Part shown: piece by piece, positions 9,471 to 18,441 of the stretch
Position numbering within the stretch: the first letter of the stretch is position 1
How the letters are laid out: each line of letters begins with the position of its first letter
DNA from: Nannocystis sp.
GTDB lineage: Bacteria > Myxococcota_A > Polyangia > Nannocystales > Nannocystaceae
Assembly (NCBI RefSeq): GCF_016714285.1
Contig: NZ_JADJNN010000008.1
Coordinates: 324,669-388,668 of the forward strand
Direction of reading: 5' to 3'
DNA: 64,000 nucleotides
Notes under the pieces: generated by a model
The model's input: the letters and a program-made list of their open reading frames with translations, nothing else
Databases searched by the model: none
Told to the model about the DNA's origin: nothing
Program-made: the position numbers and the translations under genes

Positions 9471-9764
9471 CTACTCGACGGCCCCGGGCGGGACGGCCAG
9501 CGGCGCGGCGCACTCGGCCGTGCTCGCGCGCAGGCCGTCGCGGCAAGTGGCGCCGGCCGTCGCGCTCGCCTGGCAGTTGGGCTGGCCGTCCTGCGGGTGC
9601 TCGCACCAGCCGCAGATCGGCTGCGAGGTGCAGGCCACGCAGTTGTTCTCGTAGTCGGGCCGCTGCCCGCACGCGCTCGCGGCCGCGGGGTCGCGGACCG
9701 GGGCGTCGCTGCGACAGCCGAGGCCGAGGCCGAGGATCAAGCCGAACAGAGATAGTGCCCTCAT
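9471..9764 (-). CDS. Small cysteine-rich lipoprotein
   Basis: MRALSLFGLILGLGLGC lipobox. 9 Cys in 97 aa. Its ATG overlaps the upstream gene's stop (ATGA at 9761-9764). Confidence 0.5.
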   Translation of the reverse strand: MRALSLFGLILGLGLGCRSDAPVRDPAAASACGQRPDYENNCVACTSQPICGWCEHPQDGQPNCQASATAGATCRDGLRASTAECAAPLAVPPGAVE

Positions 9765-10675
9765 CCCTCGTCCCTCCGAACGCCGGCGATCACGCGCCGG
9801 GCCACGATCTTGGTCGCGCGCACCAGGTGCTGCCCCGGCCAGGTCGCGTCGGGGCGGGTCTCCTCGAACAGCGCGGAGATGCGGATGTACGGCCGCGTGC
9901 CCGCGTCGCGGTGGGCGTGGATCTGCAGGAGCAGCGGGTTGTCGCCGACGACGGTGAGCCGCGCCGTATACACGTGGTCCGAGTCGGAGAAGGGGGTCGG
10001 GCGGTACCCCGAATAGCTGAGGATGCGAAAGTCGATCCGCGGCGCGAAGTACAGGGTCTTCGATTGCCCGGTCGCCAGGCCCGCCTCGAGTACGTAGAAG
10101 GTCGGGGCGCTGTGGCCGGCGGTGTAGCCGAGGTACACCGATATCGCCGCGAAGCGGGCCCCGTGCAGCCGCGCCGGCGTGATCACGTCGACCCGCTCGA
10201 TCACCCCGTCGATCTGGCTGCCGTACTTGGCCTGGACCTCGGCGACGGTGGCGAGCAGGTGATCCTCCGGCAACACCTCGCCGATCGCGGTGGCGACGGA
10301 GCGCGGCGTGGTCGGCGGCAGGCCCACGCGGACCATGCCGAGGTGGCCGGTGAAGGGGTCGTAGTCGGGCGCCTCGCGGTCGTGGGTGGCGTGGGCCCGG
10401 TAGTAGCGCAGGCCCCCGAGATCGCCGGCCGGCACCCGCAGGCGCGGCGCCTCGGTGCCGTCGCTGCAGGTCAGGCCGAGGCTCGCGGCCATCGCGTCGA
10501 GGGCGTCGCGGTAGCGGTCCCAGTCGAGCCGGATCTCGCTGGTGTCGTCGAGGTAAGCGGTCAACGCGATCGAGGTCAGGAGGTGATCGTCGACCACGGT
10601 GTCTGGGAAGCTCTGTCGCAACATCGACGTGAGCGCCTCCCGGTCGTCCGGGAGCAGGTCCAATTCCAGCTTCAT
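9761..10675 (-). CDS. Hypothetical protein (304 aa)
   Basis: Non-repetitive composition and consistent codon usage. Coupled to the downstream lipoprotein gene. Confidence 0.6.
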   Translation of the reverse strand: MKLELDLLPDDREALTSMLRQSFPDTVVDDHLLTSIALTAYLDDTSEIRLDWDRYRDALDAMAASLGLTCSDGTEAPRLRVPAGDLGGLRYYRAHATHDREAPDYDPFTGHLGMVRVGLPPTTPRSVATAIGEVLPEDHLLATVAEVQAKYGSQIDGVIERVDVITPARLHGARFAAISVYLGYTAGHSAPTFYVLEAGLATGQSKTLYFAPRIDFRILSYSGYRPTPFSDSDHVYTARLTVVGDNPLLLQIHAHRDAGTRPYIRISALFEETRPDATWPGQHLVRATKIVARRVIAGVRRDEG

Positions 10676-10802
10676 CGCGGCATCCTACGCTCGTGCCCCG
10701 CGGCTCGCAGCGGGCGAGTGCGCGCCGATGCGAGGGTCGCTCTCGAGGCCGTTCTCGCGGCCGCGCTTGCTATCACTGCGAGGGCCGCCGCGAGGGCCGA
10801 TC

Positions 10803-11618
10803 TTATGGTTCCGTGGCCGGGTGGATCTGGCCGCGGATGTCGCCGAAGTAGGTCTGTCCGGTGGTGTGGAGGTTGAAGTAGAGCTCGCCCTCGAGGGCGA
10901 CCTGCAGCATGCCGGCGATGGTCGAGACCTTGAGCGGCTTGGTGGTGCCGAACGAGCCGCTCGGGATGATGCAGCCGGCCGTGAAGGCGGCGACGGCCCC
11001 ATGGGCGTGCTCGACGAGGGCGACGAGGTGCTCGTTTCGCACCTCGACGGTGAGCGTGCCGTCGGCGAGGTCCGCCTTGAGGTCGGTGGTCAGCGAGAAG
11101 TCGACGAGGATCGGGCCGAGGGTGCCGGGCTTGCCGCAATGGATGTGGAACATGTTGATCGTCGCGGGATCGATGCCCTCGATCTTCACGTCGACGTAGG
11201 CCCGGCTGAGGTCCTTGGTGAAGCGGACCTTGCCGTGGGCGCGGTGACCCGCGGCCTCGCGCGCGGCCCGGGTCTGCGAGGGCGTGCTCGACTGGAACAC
11301 CTTCGGCGTGGTCTTCGGCGTCTCGGTCTCCTCGCCGGCCTCCTGGAACGGGCTCAGGTAGGACTCGAACACGAGCCCGATCTCCTTGCCGCGCGAGGGG
11401 TCGAGGGCGGTGCTCGCTGCCGGGGCCGGGGTCGCCGCGATCGGGGCCACCGCGCTCGGGGTCGCGGTCGCGGCGGGGGCCGGGCTTGGCGCGGGTGCGG
11501 GGCTCGCCGGCGCGGCGGGAGGCGCCGGGTCCATGGGCGCGTGGGTGGTGCTCGTGCCGCGGGAATCACAGCCCCACAGCATTGCGACGAGAAGGAGGGA
11601 AACGCGGGGACTGGGCAT
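10803..11618 (-). CDS. CHRD-domain lipoprotein
   Basis: Start MPSPRVSLLLVAMLWGC (lipobox), followed by an Ala/Pro-rich linker. CHRD-like motifs NMFHIHCGKPGTLGPILVDF and GELYFNLHTTGQTYFGDIRGQI. Confidence 0.65.
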   Translation of the reverse strand: MPSPRVSLLLVAMLWGCDSRGTSTTHAPMDPAPPAAPASPAPAPSPAPAATATPSAVAPIAATPAPAASTALDPSRGKEIGLVFESYLSPFQEAGEETETPKTTPKVFQSSTPSQTRAAREAAGHRAHGKVRFTKDLSRAYVDVKIEGIDPATINMFHIHCGKPGTLGPILVDFSLTTDLKADLADGTLTVEVRNEHLVALVEHAHGAVAAFTAGCIIPSGSFGTTKPLKVSTIAGMLQVALEGELYFNLHTTGQTYFGDIRGQIHPATEP

Positions 11619-11787
11619 CGAGGGCTCCTGGGTGCGACCGGCTCGGCGACACCTTAGCGGAGCCCCCGGCCGCCGGGGTGGCGGGAGGTGGACATTGGGT
11701 GGTCCAACAATGGACGGTCTGCAGCGCGCGGGCGCGATCGTGGCCCCGAGCAAGTCGACGCGAGGCGCCGCGCCGACTTGTTCGCTA

Positions 11788-12495
11788 TCACGTCACGATC
11801 ATGTGCTCGGGCTCGCGGCTGAACTCGGCGGAGCGGATGGTCTTGCGGGTCCCGTCGATCGCGACGTCGAGCTCGAGGATGAAGGGGCCGATGAAGGTGT
11901 TGAAGCCCGGACCGGCCTGCTCGCCCGCCCGCGAGAAGTCGAGATCGCCGAGCTTGTAGCTGATGTTCAGCTCGGTCCCGGCCGGCACCCGCGCGTCCCA
12001 GGGCGTGTAGGTGCCCTCGCCGGCCTTCCACTGCGTCGGCTTGCGCAGCGTCGTGCTGCCGGCCACGCGCTTGCTCGTCGGGTCGAGCACGCGGACGGCC
12101 TCGACGCGAAACTGGCCCGCGAACTCGCTGTTCACGGCCAGCTGCACGGTGGATTGGGTGCAGGGCTGGCGGAAGCTGTCGCCCGGCTGGGCCGAACGCG
12201 CCATGGCGCCGGCGGCCACCTCGCTCGACCGGGGCGGCTCGTCGGCGGAGGCCGCCGGGGCGGGATCGGGGCAGTCCGAGTGCAGCTGCACCGATGCGAC
12301 GGCGACGCGGAAATCAGCGGGGGACTCGGGCGGCGGGGTCACCGATCCGGTCGGGTCGACCGGCGGCGGCGGGGCGTAGTGCGAGGGCGTCGAGCCGTCG
12401 ACCGGCGGCGGCGTGTACGAAGGGGTGGCGCTGTCCCACGCGGCACAGGCGGCGAGCAGCAGGACGACGAGCGGAGTGAGGCGCATTGCGGACAT
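11788..12495 (-). CDS. Lipoprotein, unknown function
   Basis: MSAMRLTPLVVLLLAAC lipobox, then a Pro-rich linker and a globular C-terminal region. The ORF-track start 12762 lies in shadow sequence. Confidence 0.5.
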   Translation of the reverse strand: MSAMRLTPLVVLLLAACAAWDSATPSYTPPPVDGSTPSHYAPPPPVDPTGSVTPPPESPADFRVAVASVQLHSDCPDPAPAASADEPPRSSEVAAGAMARSAQPGDSFRQPCTQSTVQLAVNSEFAGQFRVEAVRVLDPTSKRVAGSTTLRKPTQWKAGEGTYTPWDARVPAGTELNISYKLGDLDFSRAGEQAGPGFNTFIGPFILELDVAIDGTRKTIRSAEFSREPEHMIVT

Positions 12496-12730
12496 TGAGA
12501 GGACCCCCAGGTGGATGATGCCAGCATCCAACGCCGGTCGACGCGGTCGGCCTACAGTCGGCGCGCGACGATCGGGCGCGGGCGCGTTCGCTCGCGTCGC
12601 GGAGCGGCACCTGCAAGCGTTGCACGCCGCTGCAGGGCCTGCGGCCGTGGGTCGACGGGTTGTCCATGATCTCGGCCCGCTCGCGTTGGCGCGGTAGTTG
12701 CGAACAGGGTGACCCCACGGAGATCCTTCG

Positions 12731-13138
12731 ATGACCACGCTCTCGCGTCCGCAGAAATTCACCCTGGAATCGCTCTACCTCCCTATCCCGGCGAGCTTGG
12801 GCGAGGACGGCCCCCCCGCGCACGGCGTGAAGCTCGGGCTCACCGGTCGCGCTGGGAGCTCCAATCTGGTCGGCACCCTGCAGCTCGACCCCAACGCCTG
12901 CACCCTCAATTCGTTCGGGGACCGCGAGATGTGCACCAAGATCGCGATTCGCTCGACGTCGGTGACCGCCACCCTGATGCCCGTCCCCGATCCCAAGGGG
13001 CTCCACCGCAGCTACTACATGCTGCAGGGCGAGCACCTCGCGCCGTTGACGGCGCTGATCGTGGATCCGCAGCACCAGCGGCACTATCTCAAGTGCAACG
13101 ATACGATCGTCGCGCTGTTCCCCGACGACGGCGCCTGA
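12731..13138 (+). CDS. Small hypothetical protein (135 aa) immediately upstream of the S8 peptidase
   Basis: Coherent codon usage and a non-low-complexity sequence. 12 bp separate it from the peptidase gene. Confidence 0.5.
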   Translation: MTTLSRPQKFTLESLYLPIPASLGEDGPPAHGVKLGLTGRAGSSNLVGTLQLDPNACTLNSFGDREMCTKIAIRSTSVTATLMPVPDPKGLHRSYYMLQGEHLAPLTALIVDPQHQRHYLKCNDTIVALFPDDGA

Positions 13139-13150
13139 GATACGGACATC

Positions 13151-15790
13151 ATGCTCGCCACGCTCGTCCGCTGGGGATATCCACACAAGGCGCGCACTGA
13201 GCCCGGCGCCTGGGGCGACGCGCAATTCGACGCGTCGTGGCCGATGGAGGCGATCGACGCGCCCGGGGCCTGGCTGGTCCCTGCGAGCGGGCGCTGCTCG
13301 GTGGCCGTGGTCGACACCGGGGTGTACATCCAGCACCGGGATCTGGCGGGCTGCCGCGCCGTCGCCGGCACGGCCTGGACCGACGCCGCGGGCCACGGCA
13401 CCGCGGTGGCCGGGGTGGTCGCGGCGAGCCACGGCGCCGGCCTCGGGCTCGCGGGTGTATGTCCAGACGTCGGGCTCGCGGCGTACCTCGCCGACGACCA
13501 GCTGCTCGACGTGCTCAGCATCCCGGCGCTCGGCCTGACCCCGCGTCTGACCCGGCTGCTGGCGGCGCTGGCCGAGCTGCACGCGTCGATGGCCGCGCAG
13601 CCGCGGCCGGACATCCGCGCGGTCACCCTGGCCAAGGCCGGGGCGCGAGCGACGGCGAAGGAGGCCGAGGACGAGTGCCGCACGCACTTCCTCGCGCCGA
13701 TCCGCGACCTGCTCGCCGACGATCTGGTGGTCGTGCTCGGCGGCGCCAATGCTCCGGTGCCGGCCGCTCGCTGCGTCCCGGCGGCGGTGCAGGGCCTGCT
13801 CGGCGGGCACGAGGGCGTGATTGTCGTATCGGGCAGCGAGCCGCCGTGGGGCAGCCCGTGGGAGCGCAACGCGGACCTCTGCTATCCGGGCCAGGACGAC
13901 GTCGATCTGTGGGCGCCCGGCGGGCTGCAGACCACGCTGGGGATCGCAGATCCGGCGCACTACAACGAATGCCCGGCGGTGGCGAGCGGACCGACGCCGC
14001 TCAACGCCGGCAACTCGCTGGCGATCCCCCACGTCGCCGGCGTGGCTGCGTTGCTGGTGCGGATCGATCCGACGCTGGGCGGCGCGGCGGTCGGGCGCCT
14101 GATCCGCGAGACCGCGGAGGAGCAGCGCAACGCCGCCCACAAGCCGGCGATCCGGGTGCTCAACGCCTTCGCCGCGGCGCTGCGGGCCCACAATCGGGCG
14201 TGTCCGGACGCGCAGCTCGCCGGCTATCGCGTGATGATCCCGCATCGCCTCGAGTTCGTCGGCGGGCCCGAGGAGCTCGAGGGGGCCGTGCTGGTGCTCA
14301 GCTCGCCCGGCCACGCGGATCAGGTGGAGGTGCCATTTGTCTATCTGCCGAAGATCGGCGGACTCTATGCGTGGTGTCGATTCACCGCGCCGGCGTCGCT
14401 GCCGCTCGTCGCTGAATTGCAGCACACGATCAAGAAGCACGGCGGCGCGAGCGTGACGCGCTGCCTGTGGCGCGGCGCGCTGACCTCGCTGATCGCGGGG
14501 GCCCCGGCCGGCGCGGTGAACAGCGCGTGGTGTCACCCGGCGTGCCCCGAGCTGCGGACGATCCGGCTGCAGGGGCTGGCGATGACGCTGGTCCACGCCG
14601 CCGATCCGGCCCGCCCGATCGCGCGGGCGAAGCTGCGGCTGCGGCACTGCGCGAACGGCAGCGAGTCGGTCTGCGAGACGGCGCTCGACGGCAGCTTCCT
14701 GCTGCCCTTCGTCGAGCCCGGGCCGCACGAGCTGCTCGGCGCCGACATCCCGGGCCTGCCGGGCGGGCTGTGCGTGGCCATGACCCTCGACGAGGGCAAG
14801 CTGTACGTCAGCGATCCGGCGACCGGGACGCAGCCGTTCCTGTCGGTGATGGCGCCGCCGCGGCGCAGCCCGTGGATCGGTCTCTGGGCCGGCGAGGTCG
14901 AGCTGGCCGGGGCCGTGGCGCCGGGCAAGGACTGCGACGAGGTCGCGGGCGCGGTGACCGTGACGATGCGCGGCAAGCCGCTCGACCGCACCCGCGTGCT
15001 CGACCGCTGCATCGAGGCGATCAGCGGGGACCACAGCAGCTACGAGGAATTCACCGAGGAGTTCGGCGCGATGCCGGAGGAGGACATGCCGGAGTTTGGC
15101 CGCAAGATCACGCGCGTGTTCTCGACGGCGCTGTGGCGGCTCACCGGGGCGCCGGCCAGCGAGGCGCAGGAGCTGGCGATGGACGATGCGCGCGAGGTGT
15201 CGCTGCTCGACTGGAAGGAGGTCGCGCTGCCGCCGGGCTTCCTGGTCGCCGAGGGAGCCGACGGGCTCGCTGTGTCGCTCGACCTGCGCGAGCTCAGTCG
15301 CCGTTTCCTGCAGGCGCACCTCGAGCGCCCGGACGAGCTGGCGTTCCCCTACGAGCTCGACCTCACCTTCGCGTGGTCGCTCGGCTACCAGACCCACGCG
15401 GCCGCCGACGCGAGCACGGCCTACGAGCTGCGCATCGCCCTCGTCGAGCGGGACCTCGCGCCGATGCCGGTCCCGTGGGCGGTGGTGCCGACCGAGGGCT
15501 GGCCGCGGCGCTGGCGGCTCGTGGCCGGGCCGCTGGCGGGGCCGATCGAGCTGTCGACCGCGCCGGGCAGCCCGCTGCGGATCTCGGCCGACCCGGAGCC
15601 GGCGCCGCCGGGGTGTACATCGGCGATCGTCGAGGAGCCGGCCGACACCTCGCCGGACGCGGCACGAGTGTTTGCGATCGGGCCGGCGGGGGAGGTCGGC
15701 GTGATCTCGCGGTGGCTATCCGTGGGCGAGGCGACCGCGGTCGCGAGCCATATCATCGTCACGCGCCGCGGCGCGCCGGTGCCTGCGTAG
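13151..15790 (+). CDS. Subtilisin-like serine peptidase (S8) with a ~500-aa C-terminal extension
   Basis: Catalytic triad contexts VAVVDTGV (Asp), GHGTAVAGVVAA (His), GNSLAIPHVAGVAALL (Ser). Confidence 0.8.
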   Translation: MLATLVRWGYPHKARTEPGAWGDAQFDASWPMEAIDAPGAWLVPASGRCSVAVVDTGVYIQHRDLAGCRAVAGTAWTDAAGHGTAVAGVVAASHGAGLGLAGVCPDVGLAAYLADDQLLDVLSIPALGLTPRLTRLLAALAELHASMAAQPRPDIRAVTLAKAGARATAKEAEDECRTHFLAPIRDLLADDLVVVLGGANAPVPAARCVPAAVQGLLGGHEGVIVVSGSEPPWGSPWERNADLCYPGQDDVDLWAPGGLQTTLGIADPAHYNECPAVASGPTPLNAGNSLAIPHVAGVAALLVRIDPTLGGAAVGRLIRETAEEQRNAAHKPAIRVLNAFAAALRAHNRACPDAQLAGYRVMIPHRLEFVGGPEELEGAVLVLSSPGHADQVEVPFVYLPKIGGLYAWCRFTAPASLPLVAELQHTIKKHGGASVTRCLWRGALTSLIAGAPAGAVNSAWCHPACPELRTIRLQGLAMTLVHAADPARPIARAKLRLRHCANGSESVCETALDGSFLLPFVEPGPHELLGADIPGLPGGLCVAMTLDEGKLYVSDPATGTQPFLSVMAPPRRSPWIGLWAGEVELAGAVAPGKDCDEVAGAVTVTMRGKPLDRTRVLDRCIEAISGDHSSYEEFTEEFGAMPEEDMPEFGRKITRVFSTALWRLTGAPASEAQELAMDDAREVSLLDWKEVALPPGFLVAEGADGLAVSLDLRELSRRFLQAHLERPDELAFPYELDLTFAWSLGYQTHAAADASTAYELRIALVERDLAPMPVPWAVVPTEGWPRRWRLVAGPLAGPIELSTAPGSPLRISADPEPAPPGCTSAIVEEPADTSPDAARVFAIGPAGEVGVISRWLSVGEATAVASHIIVTRRGAPVPA

Positions 15791-15848
15791 GTGGTATTCG
15801 CCGGCTCACCCGCGTGACGTCGGCGGACTCGCGGTGGGCGACGATCGC

Positions 15849-18215
15849 TCAGCGAGGGCCGTCGCCCTGGCCCTCGGGGAGCGGGTAGCGACCGAGCAGC
15901 TGTTCGGCGGCCGCGAGCGCCGCCTCGACGCGGGCGAGCGCGACGGCATCCTCGGTGTCGGTGATCCGCGGGCGCAGACGCTGGAGCGCCCGCCGGTTGA
16001 GGCCGAGGCCGAGCGGCGAGCCCTTCTCGCGGTTGAGGCCGATCGAGGAGGCGAGCACGCCGAGTGACTCGCGGATCTGGCCGGTCTCGGCCAGGAGGTC
16101 GGCGAGGGCGGCGGTCGTGCGGGCCATGCCGATCGCGTCGCCGAGCGAGCGCTGGACCTCGAGGGCGGCGGCGAGGCGCTGGCCGGCGCGCTCATGCCGA
16201 CGCTTGGCGATCTCGATGCGGCCCATGGTCTCCCACACGCGGGCGACCGCGCGGGCGTCCCCGAGGCGGCGCAGCAGCTTCTCGGCGACCAGCGCGTGGT
16301 CGAGGGCCATCGACAGGGCGTCGTCCTCGCGACCCGGGCGCAGCGGCGCGTGCAGGGGCACGCGCGCGAGCAGGTGGTGGGTATCGGCGAGCTCGCGGAG
16401 GGCGACCTTGTCGTCGTCGCCGGCGGCCTCGAAGACCTGGCGCGAGCTGACCAGCAGGTGGGTCGCTCGCACGTGATCGCCGAGGCGGATGTAGATCGCC
16501 GCCTGGTCGTTGAGGAGGGCCGCTGCGCCGCGGGCGTCGCCAGCGGCCATGAGGGCCTGGCTGGCGGACATCAGGGCGGCGAGCGCCTCCTCGAGCGCCC
16601 GCAGGTCGCCGCGATCGTAGCCGACACCGGCGATCACCAGGGCGACCTCGGCCTGCAGCGCGGGCGGATCGCCGGGCACCACGGCCGCGAGCGCTTGCCG
16701 GGCCGTGATCAAAGCTGTCTCGAGGGTCAGGTGCGCGTCGGTGCCGAGGTCGGTGCCGAGGCTGGACCACTGGATGCGGGCGAGCTCGATGAGCGCGGCG
16801 ATCCGCAGGCGTCGACGCGCGTCGGTCGGGGCCAGGCGCTCGAGGATCGCCAGGGCCCGGCGGGCGTGGCCGAGGCCCTGCGCGCCGAGGCCCTGGTCGG
16901 CGGCCTGGCGGGCGGCCTGGATGTAGCGCGCCGCGGCGTCGTCAGCCTCGTCGATCGCGTGGAGATGCGAGGCCGCTCGGGCCGCGTCCGGGCTGCGTCG
17001 GTGGCGGTGCGGGGCGTGCACGTGCGGGTGCTCTGCGCGCGGGACCGGAGCCTGCGGGGTTGGGCTCGCTGGCGCGGGCGCCGGGGCTGGCGCGGGCTGC
17101 AACTCGATGGTGACGGCGTGCGGCGTGGTGACGGCGGGCGGCGCGGGCGGCGGATCGGTGGTGATCGTGGGCGGCGGATCTGTGGTGATCGTGGGCGGCG
17201 GATCGGCGGTGATCGCGGGCGCTGGATCGGTGGTGATCGTGGCTGGCGTCGAGGCGGTGATCGTGGCTGGCGTCGGGGTCGACTCGGCCGCGCTGAGCAG
17301 CGCGGCCTCGCGGGCCTGCGTGTCGCTCGCGGCCTCGGCATCGGCGCGGCCGGTCTGGAGTGGGTCGCCGCCGAGGATCTCGGCGAGGCGACGATGCCAG
17401 TAGTTGGCCAGCGACGGGGTGATGCCGGCGCGCAACGCCTCGACGATCGCGGGCGGCATGTGGATCCGGCCCTCGCCGCGATCCTCGAGCGGCACGCCGT
17501 GATCGATCGCGGCCTGCAGGTGCAGCAGCACGGCCAGCGGGCGCTGCTCGAGCAGCGTCGCGCACAGCTCGACCTCGAAGCCGGTGCCGATCGTCGCGCC
17601 GGCTCGCAGGGTGGTGAGCGGCTCGGGCCCGAGGCCGCGCAGGCAGGTGGGGTCGGGGGTGGGGGTCGTCGCGGTCGCCGACTCGCCCGCCGGGGCCTGG
17701 ATGACGGCGGCGAGGCCCTCGCTCGCGAGCAGCGCGGCGAGCAGGGAGCCCGCGGCGCCCGCTGGCTCGCGTGAGCGGAACATCAGGAGGATCGGCAGGC
17801 GCATCCATCCGGGGCGAAGGATGATCTGGTGGAGGATCGCGAGGGTCGCCGGGTCCGCGGCCTCGACGGCCTCGAAGACGAGGATCGATCGCCGGGGGTC
17901 GCCGTCGGCGAGGCGATTGCCGAGATCGACGAGGACGGCGTCGATCTCGGTCGTCGGCGGCTCGCCGAGGAGGCGGCGCCGCAGGCCGCCCAGGACCCGG
18001 TCGCGGGCCTGCTCGAGGATCGGCGCCTCGCCGAGGACGAGCTCAAGGCGGCGACGGGCGTCGTGGAGGGGCCCGAGGGTCGACGGTGGCACGTCGCAGC
18101 TCACCCGGATCAGCCGCAGTTCGCCGGGGGCGGCCGGCATCGGCAGGCCCACGAGGGCGGCGTGGCGGCCGCTGAGGAGGCGCTCCCAGATTCCGTGGCG
18201 ATCGGTGTCAGGCAT
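15849..18215 (-). CDS. TPR-repeat protein with Pro/Thr-rich repeat linker
   Basis: C-terminal half is TPR-like (A..YI.LGDHVRA..LL...). Middle carries TITTDPPP repeats encoded by a 24-bp tandem DNA repeat. Confidence 0.6.
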   Translation of the reverse strand: MPDTDRHGIWERLLSGRHAALVGLPMPAAPGELRLIRVSCDVPPSTLGPLHDARRRLELVLGEAPILEQARDRVLGGLRRRLLGEPPTTEIDAVLVDLGNRLADGDPRRSILVFEAVEAADPATLAILHQIILRPGWMRLPILLMFRSREPAGAAGSLLAALLASEGLAAVIQAPAGESATATTPTPDPTCLRGLGPEPLTTLRAGATIGTGFEVELCATLLEQRPLAVLLHLQAAIDHGVPLEDRGEGRIHMPPAIVEALRAGITPSLANYWHRRLAEILGGDPLQTGRADAEAASDTQAREAALLSAAESTPTPATITASTPATITTDPAPAITADPPPTITTDPPPTITTDPPPAPPAVTTPHAVTIELQPAPAPAPAPASPTPQAPVPRAEHPHVHAPHRHRRSPDAARAASHLHAIDEADDAAARYIQAARQAADQGLGAQGLGHARRALAILERLAPTDARRRLRIAALIELARIQWSSLGTDLGTDAHLTLETALITARQALAAVVPGDPPALQAEVALVIAGVGYDRGDLRALEEALAALMSASQALMAAGDARGAAALLNDQAAIYIRLGDHVRATHLLVSSRQVFEAAGDDDKVALRELADTHHLLARVPLHAPLRPGREDDALSMALDHALVAEKLLRRLGDARAVARVWETMGRIEIAKRRHERAGQRLAAALEVQRSLGDAIGMARTTAALADLLAETGQIRESLGVLASSIGLNREKGSPLGLGLNRRALQRLRPRITDTEDAVALARVEAALAAAEQLLGRYPLPEGQGDGPR
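17141..17283. repeat. 24-bp tandem repeat (~6 copies) encoding PTITTDPP units inside the TPR gene
   Basis: ggcggatcggtggtgatcgtgggc and close variants repeat head-to-tail. Confidence 0.7.
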
Positions 18216-18441
18216 CGCGGCACTTTGCCACGCCCCGGCGGCGAATCGTCATTCAATCGTTCGTGGCGCGGGACGTGGATTCCTGCGCGCGCGGCGGACG
18301 CAATGCTTGCACTTGTGATACACATCGATATGGGAGTGGAACGACGGGCCAGCGATGGCCTGGCGCGGTCGGCCCCGCGACGATCGTCGGCCCGCGCCGG
18401 GCTGATGCCCGGCCACGCATGCGTGATACCCTGCCGCGACG

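Noticed and set aside
8593-9672. 359-aa minus ORF and overlapping plus ORFs 8774..9463, 9364..9654
   Set aside because: Antisense/off-frame to the PrfH-like gene (whose GGQ motif identifies the true frame).
9755-10876. 373-aa plus ORF
   Set aside because: Antisense of the 304-aa hypothetical gene. Composition is Gly/Arg/Val-rich.
12314-15397. 1027-aa minus ORF
   Set aside because: Antisense of the S8 peptidase gene. The catalytic D/H/S motifs are on the plus strand.
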